This document shows, in pieces, positions 26,101 to 37,326 of a stretch of 64,000 nucleotides of DNA. The translations under genes were made by a program, and so were the position numbers. The notes under the pieces are model-generated. The model ran no database searches. It saw only the letters and a list, made by a program, of their open reading frames with translations, and had not been told where the DNA came from. Source of the stretch: Selaginella moellendorffii (Eukaryota; Plantae; Lycopodiophyta). The stretch covers positions 568,731-632,730 of the forward strand of contig NW_003314358.1 in NCBI RefSeq assembly GCF_000143415.4, written 5' to 3'. Each line of letters begins with the position of its first letter. Positions within the stretch are counted from its first letter, which is position 1.

Positions 26101-28349
26101 AAAGGCCAAGTGTAAATGGTTCATGGAACGCGCGAAATCAGAGTGGCGCAGCAGAAGCGTGGTCTTGAAGCTTGCCATGAGGCAAGGCTATCAAGGTTAG
26201 GGAAGTAGTTCCCGAGTGTTCAAGGAGAGGGCTTTGAACGAAAGTCGATGGTCAAGGACTTTCACGCTTATGCAGGAACCATGTTACAGTGGTCGGAGGA
26301 CTTGCCAAGCGAGATTGGCAAGTCGGGGGAACAAATACCCTAGTTGAAGGTGATAACTTCAAAAAGGGTGGGCCATGGGGCCGAGCATGGAGGAGTCCAT
26401 GCATGATCACAGACATGTCAAGTGAGAGGACTTGGCAGTGTGGAGGAACTAGGTTCCTAAGCTGTGATCTGTAGCACGCTTTAAAAATAAGTTGGTGCAC
26501 CGGCGTGGGGAGTCACGCCAGGCATCTTGTGTGATGCCGTCCGTAGATGCATATACGGAGGTTGGGTTCGAGTCCCGACCCTCTAGTGCTTGGGTTCGAG
26601 TCCCAAATCACTAGGGCGTGGTGATGGTTTGGAATATGAGGACACTCATATTTCGGTGGTCATGGACTCTCAGTGGGGAGACTGGTTTGGGCACACCGCC
26701 AAGCGAGGGATGCCTCGGAGTCGTGATGCACGGTTAGATTGCTTAGTGTGAAAGCTCAGCATATCTAACTTGAACGCTTTGGTGCAAGTGGCACCAAGGT
26801 CGTGGTGAGTGAGATGAGGACACCTAATCTCAGTTGCTATGAACCCTTGGCCGTAAGGGCTGGCTTGGGTGCACCGCCAAGTGTGGGGGATGCCCCCGGG
26901 GTTATAGTCAACAACTTGGAGGTCTAGAAGACCAAGTACCTCTTGGCAACTCTGTTAAGGTGCTAAGGTGAGATCACTAGGTGATCTTATGGCCAGATAA
27001 GGACAAGATCCTTGGTTGGCTAAGGAATGAAGTTCCTGGTTCAAAATGTTGAAATTGAACTGTTTAAGGTGGTGTGGCTTGGTCGTGATGACCAAGTGGG
27101 AAGAGCACCTAAGGGAAATAAACTATGTCCGTGCAATGGCATAGTGAGTCCGAGGAAAGTAGTCTCTATAAAAGACCCATGGGAGGGTCACGAAGTTGGG
27201 CCGTGGATAGAGCCCATAGCAGAAGATGCTAAAGAGACGTACTAGGGGTGAACATCCTCCGGACTTGGCAAAGAAGAGTCTTTGCTATGGAACCGAAACA
27301 ATACCTCAAGAAGGGAGGTAGAGATTCGATGTTGCTTGGTGCAACAATCAACGGATAGGAGCAAAAGATGAGTGGCCAAGATAGGGCCGTGGAATCCCTT
27401 GGAAGGAATCCAAGTGACAAAGTTAGGCGAGGAACACTAATGTGTTAGACGCTAATAAGTTGCGGGAAAGGAAGTGTGTTTCCAAGGAGGGATTCCGAAA
27501 TGCTCCGATTTGGCGAAAGTGGAAGCTCCAAGGGAGGGAGCGGTAAGGTAGCCAAATGATAGGGCCATGAACAGCCCTAGCACAAAGTATAATAACTAGA
27601 ACTTTGGCACGAAATAGAAGAGAGGATGATGGTGCCCTCGAGTAGAGAACTTCCTAGAATGGGAAGTGGAGTTGCACAAAAAGGTGCAAGGCAAGGTGTC
27701 GTAGACACCTAGGAAATTGACTCCAAGAAGTCAAAATTCAAACTTCCAAAGTGCAAAGGTTATATCGATGGAAATCGAGACTACTCGAGAAGGAGTAGTG
27801 GGATTGACTTAGAGAAGGGTCTCTAAGAGGTTTAGCGAGAACTAAACCAATAAAAGGAAAGAACCACTATATGTGGTCCAATCAGTCTCTAAGTTGGAGA
27901 GACTACCCTCCTTAGAGGATATGCAAAAGGCATGGTGAGCCTTCAATGTCCAACCATTGACGAATATGGAGAAGGCATGGTGAGCCTTCAATGTCACACC
28001 ATTGACAAATATTGGCTACGCGCCAAGGATGGAAATGGTAACACATGCGGGTGTTACTTTATAAAATGGTTCACCGTTCGATGAGGACATCGAACTTCGT
28101 CTATGGGTGGTGGAGTTGTGAGACACAAAATCCCTAGGCCCCAAAGTGGAGCCGGAAGGGCGCCACATGGTAGTGACCGAAGCGAGAGCCAAATGAGCGT
28201 AACACGTTTGGACCAAAAGCTCCGACTTGAAAAAGTCAAGAGCAGGAGTGGAACTCCCAACGAAGTGCTCGAGGAACGAGCACGGAGCGAGCAAAAGGCG
28301 AGGCTCCAAAAAGGGACCCAAAAGGACCAACACATGACACATGGGAGTG

Positions 28350-28901
28350 TCCGAGATGGACCCGAGTTGGAGTCCGAAGTGGAGTCCGAGATGGACCCGA
28401 GATGGAGTCCGAGATGGAGTCCGAAATGGAGTTTGAGGTGGACCCGAGATGGACCCGAGTTGGAGTCCGAAGTGGAGTCCGAGATGGACCCGAGATGGAG
28501 TCCGAGATGGAGTCCGAAATGGAGTTTGAGGTGGACCCGAGATGGACCCGAGTTGGAGTCCGAAGTGGAGTCCGAGATGGACCCGAGATGGAGTCCGAGA
28601 TGGAGTCCGAGATGGAGTCCGAGGTGGACCCGAGATGGACCCGAAATGGAGTCCGAGATGGAGTCCGAGATGGACCCGAGATGGACCCGAGATGGAGTCC
28701 GAGATGGAGTCCGAGATGGAGTCCGAGATGGAGTCCGAAGTCGAGACCGAGACCGGGACCGAGACCGAGACCGAGACCGAGATCGGGACCGAGACCGAGA
28801 CCGAGCCCGAGCCCGAGACCGAGCCCGAGCCCGAGTCCGAGTCCAAATCCGAGTCCGAGTCCGAGTCCGAGTCTGAGTCCGAGTCCGAGTCTGAGTCCGA
28901 A
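28350..28901. repeat. Same minisatellite in the 3' LTR of B, with a different unit count
   Basis: Directly visible tandem units. Confidence 0.95.
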
Positions 28902-29935
28902 GCCTGAGAGGGTGAAAGCCCAAAGCGTTCGTCTCCCAGACCCTGGGGGGTTTGGTGAGCTCCAAAAATATAGTAGGGGGGGAGGACTGCAGTGGAGCCA
29001 GTTTGGCCAGGAAAGGCCAGTTTGGCCCAGGAAGGCCGGACCCAGTGTTGGGTGATGAGCTGCCCACTGGGAAGTCCAAGACTAGAGTGAACACAGACCG
29101 ACAAGCGGGGTAGCTTGGTGAAGTGTTCAAGAGCCGGCTCTAGTTCCCCCGGGAGATCGACTGGCCGATGCTCCCAGTCCAAGTGTGGGTGGCACTACTT
29201 ACTTGGATACCTGGTGTGGCTCAACGGAACCCGCTCTAAGCCCATGGCTAGAGCACCCAAGGGCAGAAGGCGAGGAGAGTACCCAGGTGGCTCGCGTAAG
29301 GCCACGGTGTTCCGAAATGTTGTCCCAAAGGCCCAGACTGTGGAAAGTAAGAGGAGCAGTCCTCTGGGGTAGTGACCAAGGACACAGTCGTGCGGTAAGG
29401 AAGTCCCAGAGGACCGTGGGACTTAGTGGTCGGGCCTGTGGGTCTCGATCCAATGGCAGTGTTGGCAAATACGGCCAGGGGCAGAAAGGGACTTAGTGGG
29501 AACTGACAGAGGGATATTGGGGAAGGCTATTCCCCTTGTCGGTGGGCATCCTAAGGATGCTAAGGAGTGGATCTGAGATGACCACTCACGGATGGTTTGC
29601 CTAGTCTTGGAGAGCCAAGACGGTGATGCAAGTGGTATTGGACTACCAGTGTGGCAAAGGTGATTGGGCATGGCCTTAGCATAACGGGCTGCTATGTCGG
29701 TGGTACCTTTGAGTGTCGGTCATGGGATCGGACACGTGGAGCACTTGGACCAAGTGCAAATGTTGAGTGGCATGGATGCCATTCTCGGGGCTAGCAAGTC
29801 CCAAGTCCTGGATTGGACTTATGGAGGTTGTGAATGAGACTCCTCCAAGTGGTCAGAGGTGTGGTTAAGTGACTAAAGTAGAATGGAAAATTTAGTCGCT
29901 TACAAGGATAAAGAGTTAAAACCATGTGCGCTACA

Positions 29936-30637
29936 TGTTGTCCTTCTACCAATCCGCCCTCGAAGCTTGTTTAAGTTTGGACCTGTACCAGCAAACCTTG
30001 CTTTTTGTGCAGCCAAAGTTTTTTATGATTGCTCAAGAGATCTAGTAAGGTCAGAAAGCATAGTTTCATAGAAGGATACTTTTCCTTTCCTTGCTTCAGA
30101 AGCTCTTCAACTTCAATGTTTGCTCTTAGAGAGATTAATTGTTAGTGTAAGTGCAATGTTATCAAGTGGTTGATCATAGAAAAAATGTAATATTTGAATG
30201 TGACAAAAAAAAATGAAAGAAAGCTTACATAGAAAATGTAATGGCCCATTAAAACATTTGAACTTCCCACCATACAAACCAACATTCCATTTATGGAGGG
30301 TGTTCAATTGGCATTTTGTCTCCTTCACACCACTATATATACATCTCCTTTGCTTTTGCCTTATGCTCCTCTTTAATTGATGCATCCATCCATTCTCGAA
30401 AAAATTGTTTGAATTCATTATGAAAGTTAGATTTGATGCATTGGCAATATTTGTTGACACTCTTTGCCCAATGAAACTCACAACTCTTCTCTTTACTTTG
30501 TAATGGCTAACTTTTATCACCTCCAAACACTTGTCACATAGCCAATCAATTAGCAACATCTGCCATAAATCCACGGAAGTTGGATTTCTTCCCAGTTCAT
30601 TGTTCAACAACCTTGGACATACATGTCCATAAGATGG
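29936..30637 (-). pseudogene. MULE-type transposase catalytic C-terminal half (inverted; likely continues at 15170-14700)
   Basis: ILWTCMSKVVEQ*TGKKSNFRGFMADVAN*LAM*QVFGGDKS*PLQSKEKSCEFHWAKSVNKY..ECWFVWWEVQ..intron..INLSKSKH..DLTRSL..GTGPNLNKLR. This covers the second Asp, the CxxH motif and the degenerate Glu position. Confidence 0.75.
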
Positions 30638-32092
30638 TGGACAAAAGAAGATTAAATTGGCAAAGGAATTGAAGTGCACAATCACAAAGACAAACTATAT
30701 TAGTATTGTGGCTAAAGAGTTTGTTGTTGTGACTAAGTCATCAAAGGGTATGAGTTATACTAAAAAATCCATTTTGTACCCATCTAGATTTTACATAAAG
30801 GGAAAACAAGGGAAAGGTATATTTAGCCTACAAGCACATCTATTATATTTTTATGTAGAAATTAAACCAAGATTCTAAAGTTGACCATCACATCCACCAG
30901 GTAAGCCTTATAATTATGGAGCTTGAGAAGTGTTTCTAGATTGCTTTTAGTGTTCAGATCTATATTTATATTTGTATTTTATTAGTCAAATTTACTTGGA
31001 AATATAGATTAAATCAAAATTTGAAAGATGAAAAAATGTTGATTCAAGATGAACCAATGTTTTTCTTGTGTTTGAGAAGTCATGAGCTCAACTCGTGGGC
31101 TCATGAGCTCAAAACCTACCCAGGCTCAAATATTACAATGGTGATTTAGAAATAGGTGCTGGTAAAATGTCCACTAGATCATTTTCATTCATTCATTTAT
31201 ATTTTGTTTATATGGTCTTACAGCCCACCCAAGAAGCATGAGACCAAGGGATTTATATTTTTATTTACAGTATTTTTTTATTCACATCCATATTTGCTAC
31301 AGGTGCTGAGGTAAAATCATTATGTTGCTTTAGACCCTCCTAGACTTCTTATGCAAGCTATGATCTAAGCCATTGAAAAATGTGTGGCTGCTCTTAGGCT
31401 TAAAATAAGGGAAAGGAATACAACTAGCAAAAGGATTCTCATACTAGAGTCTTTCTAATTGGCTTGGCAAAACTTTGAAACTTTCAAGTACCAGAGCTAT
31501 TATGATAAGCACAGTAATATATCAAAAGTCTCAGATTGATGATTGGGTCATATGGCACAAAGTGAATTTTTTTATAGAAATCTATGAGTTGTTATATTTA
31601 CCCCTTCTAGTTATGATCTAATATTACTAAAAAACTTTGGCCAAGTTTTGGGACTTGTCTTTTGGGAAGGATGCTGTCACTATATTAAAGATGGGAGGAG
31701 TCCAATGATGGCATAGAAGGTAAGCAGTCAACAAGATGTTATTTGGAATTTATCCTATTAACATATTTAATAAAGTATAAGAGTCAAATTTATTTACAAA
31801 TAACATTTATTTAGCCAGAATATATAAAATATGTTAGTTGGATGATATGCTTACAATATCAAATGTATACATTATTATCATGGTATGATTTATCACATAG
31901 CTTCTATATTGTATGTTGCAATACACATTCTAATGTAGATGAAAGCACTTGTTTAAATTTCAAATTGCTTCACTACCAATTAAATACTAAAACAAAAATT
32001 TATATTATATTATATAACTTTTCTTCATGAAAATTTTACTAGTACATTGCTAGAAGGTGCTAATGTTTAGCCAATAGTGGGGGTCTGAGAAT

Positions 32093-32329
32093 TTATAATT
32101 TCAAGCGCAAACAGTTCCAGGGAATTTGTGTGACCTGTCCTTGGTGATATTTGCCACTGCTGCCACTGTGTGGAAGCTTTGGTTCCATGACTTTGTGATC
32201 TTGTGACTGGGGCTCTTCGTGGTGATGCCCATGCCGAAACACTGCTGCAGTGACAACATCATGATCCAGGCAACCTAATGCGAGCACGAAAAGGACAAAG
32301 AGGTGCAGAAGCAAGCTCGCAAGTGCCAT
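32093..32329 (-). CDS. Small secreted peptide precursor (IDA/CLE-like C-terminal motif), extended copy
   Basis: Signal peptide MALASLLLHLFVLFVLALG; motif KLPHSGSSGKYH; paralog at 38588. Confidence 0.7.
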   Translation of the reverse strand: MALASLLLHLFVLFVLALGCLDHDVVTAAVFRHGHHHEEPQSQDHKVMEPKLPHSGSSGKYHQGQVTQIPWNCLRLKL

Positions 32330-32661
32330 TCTTGAACTGCGAATTGCTGAGCCTAGGTTGTGTATTTTATAGAGAAACACCACATAAGAAACGTCAAAAG
32401 AGGGGTGCTCATGTCAACTTTTGACATTTAAAAACAAGACAATCACCGAGTGGATAAACACAAGGCGTGGAGTGTTTGATGCCTTGTGTGCAAAGCTGGG
32501 GGAGCAAAACACACTGTGGGAGATTATATTCCATGGAGAAATGTCAAAAGGCAGAGTGGGGTTCTCTTAAGTAGATTCTCACAAAGCAGCACTATTTTGT
32601 TGACAAAAACTGTCATTATTTCCAGCGATATTGAATCTGAGACTAGATGAGAAGCACGCTG

Positions 32662-33324
32662 TCAAGCGTGCTTCTCAACCTTAACAGCATCAGTAGCAAC
32701 AGCATGGCCACCGTGACCACCGTGGCCACCATGCCCACCATGACCACCTCCTTGAGTCTCAATCGATTCAACACTACCAGCGTGGCTGTGGCCACCGTGG
32801 TGCCATCCAGATCCATACCCCTCCAGCTCCGCATCAGAATGTCCGTGACCACCGCCATACCCACCATGGTAGCCACCACCATAACCACCGTGTCCATATC
32901 CATATCCTTCCGGCTCAACCAAGTCATGACCACCACGGTAGCCACCATGGTAACCACCACCGTAACCACCGTTTCCATATCCATATCCATGTGGCTCAAC
33001 TGAGTCACCGTGGCCATGACCACCGCCGTTGCCACGGTGACCATACCCACCATGGTCCCCATATCCTTGTGGCTCAGCTGCATTAGCGTGGCCACCATAG
33101 CCGCCACGACCACCAGAGCCACCGTGGTAGCCTTCTGTGTCAGCATGGCCGTGGTGACCGCCACCACCATAGCGGGATCCTTCTGGCTCGGCAGAGTGAC
33201 CATGACCACCACCATACCCCTGTGGGTCTAGCGATTCATTCTCTTTCTCTGGGACAACTCTAGCAGAGAATGCGAGGTGGGAGGCACAAAGCAATGCTGC
33301 GAGAACTAGAGAGACGCTCTTCAT
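32662..33324 (-). CDS. Secreted Gly/His-rich repetitive protein (GRP; shepherin-like repeats)
   Basis: Signal peptide, acidic pro-segment, eight xE(P/L/T)(E/Q/H)GYG-like junctions; intronless 220 aa. Confidence 0.9.
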   Translation of the reverse strand: MKSVSLVLAALLCASHLAFSARVVPEKENESLDPQGYGGGHGHSAEPEGSRYGGGGHHGHADTEGYHGGSGGRGGYGGHANAAEPQGYGDHGGYGHRGNGGGHGHGDSVEPHGYGYGNGGYGGGYHGGYRGGHDLVEPEGYGYGHGGYGGGYHGGYGGGHGHSDAELEGYGSGWHHGGHSHAGSVESIETQGGGHGGHGGHGGHGGHAVATDAVKVEKHA

Positions 33325-34559
33325 TGTATCTTCTTTCTAGTTTTGGAAGCTAGCCCGAGAAAGGAGTGAAGAGCTTCGGTTATATAGAATATCGAGCATT
33401 GACAATGTCAAACATTAAGAATTTCATAACTCTTAGTGGAGGGAGAATCTTTGAAAATGCGAGGGGGCCGAATTATACCATCCCAAGAAGATCACGTCTT
33501 TGTTTCTTCTCATGAAATTCTTGTTAAAATCTTAACTTTAAAATTCTTTTCTTTCGTCTTGTTCTTGGAATCCAAAGGAATGCTGTCTAGAAAGCCTTTT
33601 TGTGCCATTGTCCAGACCGCATTGTCAAAAAAAAATTAAAAATGGGAAGATGCATCAAGCTAGTCCATGATTGTTCATGCAAAAGCAAATTTACAGCTTT
33701 CATAAATGTTTCATGTGACATAAATTTGACTCATTGCATAATAAACATTCAGAAAATGCCGATTTTCTATCAACTGTGTAAAAAACATAGACATTTTTAA
33801 AGTGCAGTTCTGAAAAATTCACTTAAAAATTCATATTTCTTGAGATTTTGAGGTTCTCTCTACAAGGTGTACGTTTTCACAATAACATTAGCCACCATTG
33901 ATCGTGCAGAGAGACTGTTTAATGTTGTGTCAGCTAATTGACCTCGGTTGTCAGATTGAGAGGTGCTCACAAGACACACTCGGTGGTGTAAGGAGTGGAA
34001 ATCTGGGTTATGCATAGCACTGCTGGTGGAATTGAGATTCTGCAGCACCAGGTTGCACTCCTTGTTCATGTGAGAATGTTTTTCTTTTTTTCTCACAGCT
34101 CGAATATAAATGTCTTCCTTCTCATATTTTATTCTATTTGTGTTTTCCTCAGGTTGAAAGAGAAGACTATTGTAGGGTATGCATAAGCATTTTATATGAG
34201 CCTGGAATTTTAGACTCTTTTTTTTTAAATTCACTTGTACTAGGACTTTTATTTATTAGAATATTTTCCTCTTTACACTCAATCAAGGAAGGAACATCAA
34301 TTTTCCAAGAGCAGCACCAAAAATTCATCACCAATAAAGTCTGATAAAGAAAAACCATGGGCTCCTTTGCCAAACATTTGCAAAAATAACATGGACATGA
34401 TCACCAAAAACTTCATGAGCACAAGAAACAACAACATTTCCCTGAGAATCAGTGTGCCTGCGCCCTGCCCCGGTGGTGAGGACAAACTCACAAAGAGATT
34501 GCACATGCCACTTTAGAGATCTTTCACAATGGCAACAACACCTGGCTGGGCTCCCAATC

Positions 34560-34745
34560 ACAAGATGTCGTATGCCTGATGTGGCAGCCTGGGAGAGGTA
34601 TTTTGAGGGGATGGATCACAGCAAGAATGTAGTGGCATGGAATTGTATCATTCTAGGATGTGTATACAGGGGTGAGGATGAATTGGACACCTCTTCTCTA
34701 GCATGGGGCTTCTCTAAATCACATAATGTTCTCAAGGTGTGCACT
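34560..34745 (+). pseudogene. PPR gene fragment
   Basis: RYFEGMDHSKNVVAWNCIILG resembles a PPR motif. Confidence 0.45.
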
Positions 34746-36649
34746 AGCCTTGTGAAGAACAATCAATTACCAATGAAACAAATAAATAGTGAATCCTAGA
34801 CCAACCTCCCAACCTTTAATGCATTACAGCTTTAACCACAACAACCTAAAAGTCATTAACAAACTAGTGATAAAGTTTATCGAAAGGTTATTCCACTTGT
34901 TTTTGGGTACACACATACTTCTCAACATTTAATTTTACCCTAAACTAAAAGAGATGCCTTTTCACCAACACATAGATCTTTAGTACTTTCGGATGCCTAG
35001 CACTTAGCACATTATAACACTCAACCAAAATTTGTTTGATGAATTTATCAATACGAGGAACCACTATATATCCTTTTTTCATTAAGATTCCATCTCATAT
35101 CTCAAATGATGCAAACTTGTTACCCTTCAAATCTATAAAGGTGTCCCTCAAAAAACCCTTCATATAAATATCAGTGATCGAAGTTAACAAACTCCTTAAT
35201 CTCATCCAAGAAGTTGCTGGATAGTTTCATGAATGAGATAAAATTTATTATCCTAAATATTGCATCAAACACTTTATTGTCACCTCTGTCCTTGTACCGG
35301 ATCTTAATAGACAATTCTTGTAAGAATTCTTGCCAACTAGCAAGATGGCCTCAAAGATTCTTTTGATGACTAAAATATTGAAAAAATTGATGGTTTGAAT
35401 CTATATGAAAGTCCAATCCATAAAAATAATGTCACCATTCTTTCATAGTAACAATCATAACATACAACTCTTTATCTTCAATTTTGTTGTGTGGTTAGAC
35501 TTATAGCTCATAAATATGACCAACTTAAAGTATTATGCCCCAATAGTAATGTCATTTACATTTGTTTCAACCATAAGAAGCTTAATCACCAACTCTGAAG
35601 CATTAGTCAATGAAGTATCACTATTGCCTATCTTTGCCTATAGATTTCACCATAGTCACATTAGCATTTGTTAACCCTTCCAAAACAATCCTTGCTCTAA
35701 TATCCTCCACTTTATCCTTCTTTTGTTGGTTTAAATGAAGTTTCTTAACCATATTGCCATCTTCATTCTTCAAGCTTGAATGCAACAATAATTGTTTCTT
35801 CTCTAAATATGAAGCATGGGTTGGCTGGTCATCACGTTGACTAAGATCATCCTGTTGACTAAAGTTGACTCAATTGACTGATGGTTTTGGTGAAAAGATC
35901 TAAGCCCTAGTGATAACATTATTAGGAAAATAATTTTTGGCACATCCATTAAGCTTAAACCTTTGATGAAACATTGCACCTCATTATAAATACCTATGAG
36001 ACTAAGGTAAAGATCATAAAACTTGCTAGCATATACATCTAAAGATAAAGTCCCTTATTTGATCTTTAGCAACTAATTCACAAGATCAACCTCTTTAAAC
36101 TTAAACAAAGCATGGAAAACTTTTATCAAATCCCTTCAAAAAGTTGGCTTTGGATTAACTTTGATATCACCATGAAGAAATATAGCTTATAAGCTTTGTC
36201 ACAAAAAATCAATTTGCACCTATCTTTAGAAGGGTTGTGATATTAACAACTTCTAACCGAATTAACCTTTTATATATTATAAACATCTGGTGATGGATTC
36301 CATTCCATGATATTATAATTTTTAGCATGCTTGACGTACTAATAATAATCACAAACACGAGATTGATTCAACCTTTGAGGTTCTATATGAAGTAGGAAAT
36401 CCTTAATAAGATTGATAAAATCCTCTTAACCCCTTTAATGTTGCTTTGAACCTCAATAATTTAATGTCCTTATTTCACAACATCATCAAAAGATTCTTCT
36501 TCCTCATCATGGTCATCATCACTAACGCTATACTTCTCATCAGGATTTATATCCCACTTATCTGCCATCCCCAAAAACTCCAATACTAATGAAACACAAA
36601 CCCTAGGCCATTAAATCCCATATGCCATATAATATTCTTAAAATATTCC

Positions 36650-37326
36650 CACAGTTTGTGTCTTTGCTCTTGAGAGAGACTTTCCAGAGGAGTGGAAGGG
36701 AGATCCACACTTGGGTTGTGAGGCTCAATAGAGAGGTACACACTTATGTTGCAAATGCTCTGATTGATATGTAAGCAATGTGCAGGAGCATGGTGGACGT
36801 GAGCATTGTTTTCGAGAGAATGGAGGAACTTAGTGTCATCTGGGATATTAGGACTTGCAGACGCCGGGGATGAGGAGCTAGCTCTGGAGTTCCACTAGCG
36901 AATGCAACACGAAGGTTGTCCTCCAGACTCAATCACCTTTGTCGCAGTGCTCAAAGCTTGTCAGAGAAGGAAATCGCCTTGGACAAGTCTGTGAAGCCAG
37001 AGGCGCTATGAAGAGGAAGAATCCTTCACGCTCAAGCAACAAGAAACGCTCAAGAAATCCAGCTCTTCATTGCAAATGCGCTCTTGGATTTGTACTCCAG
37101 GTGTTTGAAGGTATAGTCTCGCTCTGGTCACCTGGAACTCTGTAGTTCTCGGCTATGCAGAGGGTGGAAATGCGAGAAAGCTCTGGAGCTGTTTGCCAGG
37201 ATTCGAGAAGATCCAAACTACGTAACCTTTCTCGCAGCACTCAAGGCTTGTGTGTGTTCGGCACAGAGCGAAGCAGGCACTTTTGTCAACGGGAAAGTGT
37301 TGAAGGTGGCGAGCTTGTCGAGAAGG
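36650..37326 (+). pseudogene. Frameshifted PLS-type PPR pseudogene
   Basis: Fragments VANALIDM*..C, VFERMEE, TFVAVLKAC, VTFLAALKAC and VNGKVLKVASL resemble the PPR at 61574-63340. Confidence 0.75.

Larger units (their letters stand above)
22401..29904 (+). mobile_element. Young non-autonomous LTR retrotransposon B nested in the 3' LTR of A; LTRs 22401-24148 and 28117-29904
   Basis: Near-identical TG..CA LTRs; TSD AGGAT (22396-22400 and 29905-29909); PBS tggtatcggagc at 24152; ttcgatgaggacatcgaa plus PPT at 28077-28116; no gag-pol ORF. Confidence 0.95.
15171..29935 (+). mobile_element. Non-autonomous LTR retrotransposon A (Ty3/gypsy-like LARD); 5' LTR 15171-16312, 3' LTR 21297-22400 plus 29910-29935
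   Basis: TGTCGCG...GCTACA termini; PBS-Met-like tggtattagag at 16315; tcgacgaggacgtcga plus polypurine tract at 21263-21296; no long internal ORF. Confidence 0.88.
7529..31127. mobile_element. Giant Mutator-like (MULE) DNA transposon relic with TIRs; ~8 kb core plus nested retroelements
   Basis: The left end gggtagcttttaagttgagctcatgag (7535-7561) mirrors the right end ctcatgagctcaaaacctaccc (31100-31121). The flanks 7405-7528 and 31131 onward are contiguous in the uninterrupted paralog at 37426-37600 (gctaaggTATTAcaatggtg). TSD is TATTA exactly, or 8-bp AGGTATTA/AAATATTA. MULE transposase motifs lie inside. Confidence 0.8.
31131..33600. repeat. Segmental duplication copy 1 (paralog ~37563-39670): peptide gene plus GRP gene and promoter
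   Basis: Colinear similarity, e.g. ttggcttggcaaaactttgaaactttca at 31459/37758 and ggagattatattccatggagaaa at 32519/39029. Confidence 0.9.

Noticed and set aside
26497-26614. True tRNA gene
   Set aside because: Arm number and lengths and the acceptor stem do not fit; kept only as a tRNA-like structure.
22389-29182. Long Ser/Arg/Glu-rich ORFs in multiple frames
   Set aside because: Artefacts of stop-free minisatellites in the LTRs of element B.
30113-30685. 190-aa ORF as a real protein
   Set aside because: The transposase motifs are in a different frame interrupted by stops.
34800-36640. AT-rich decayed TE-like sequence
   Set aside because: No diagnostic motif could be read; the family cannot be assigned.
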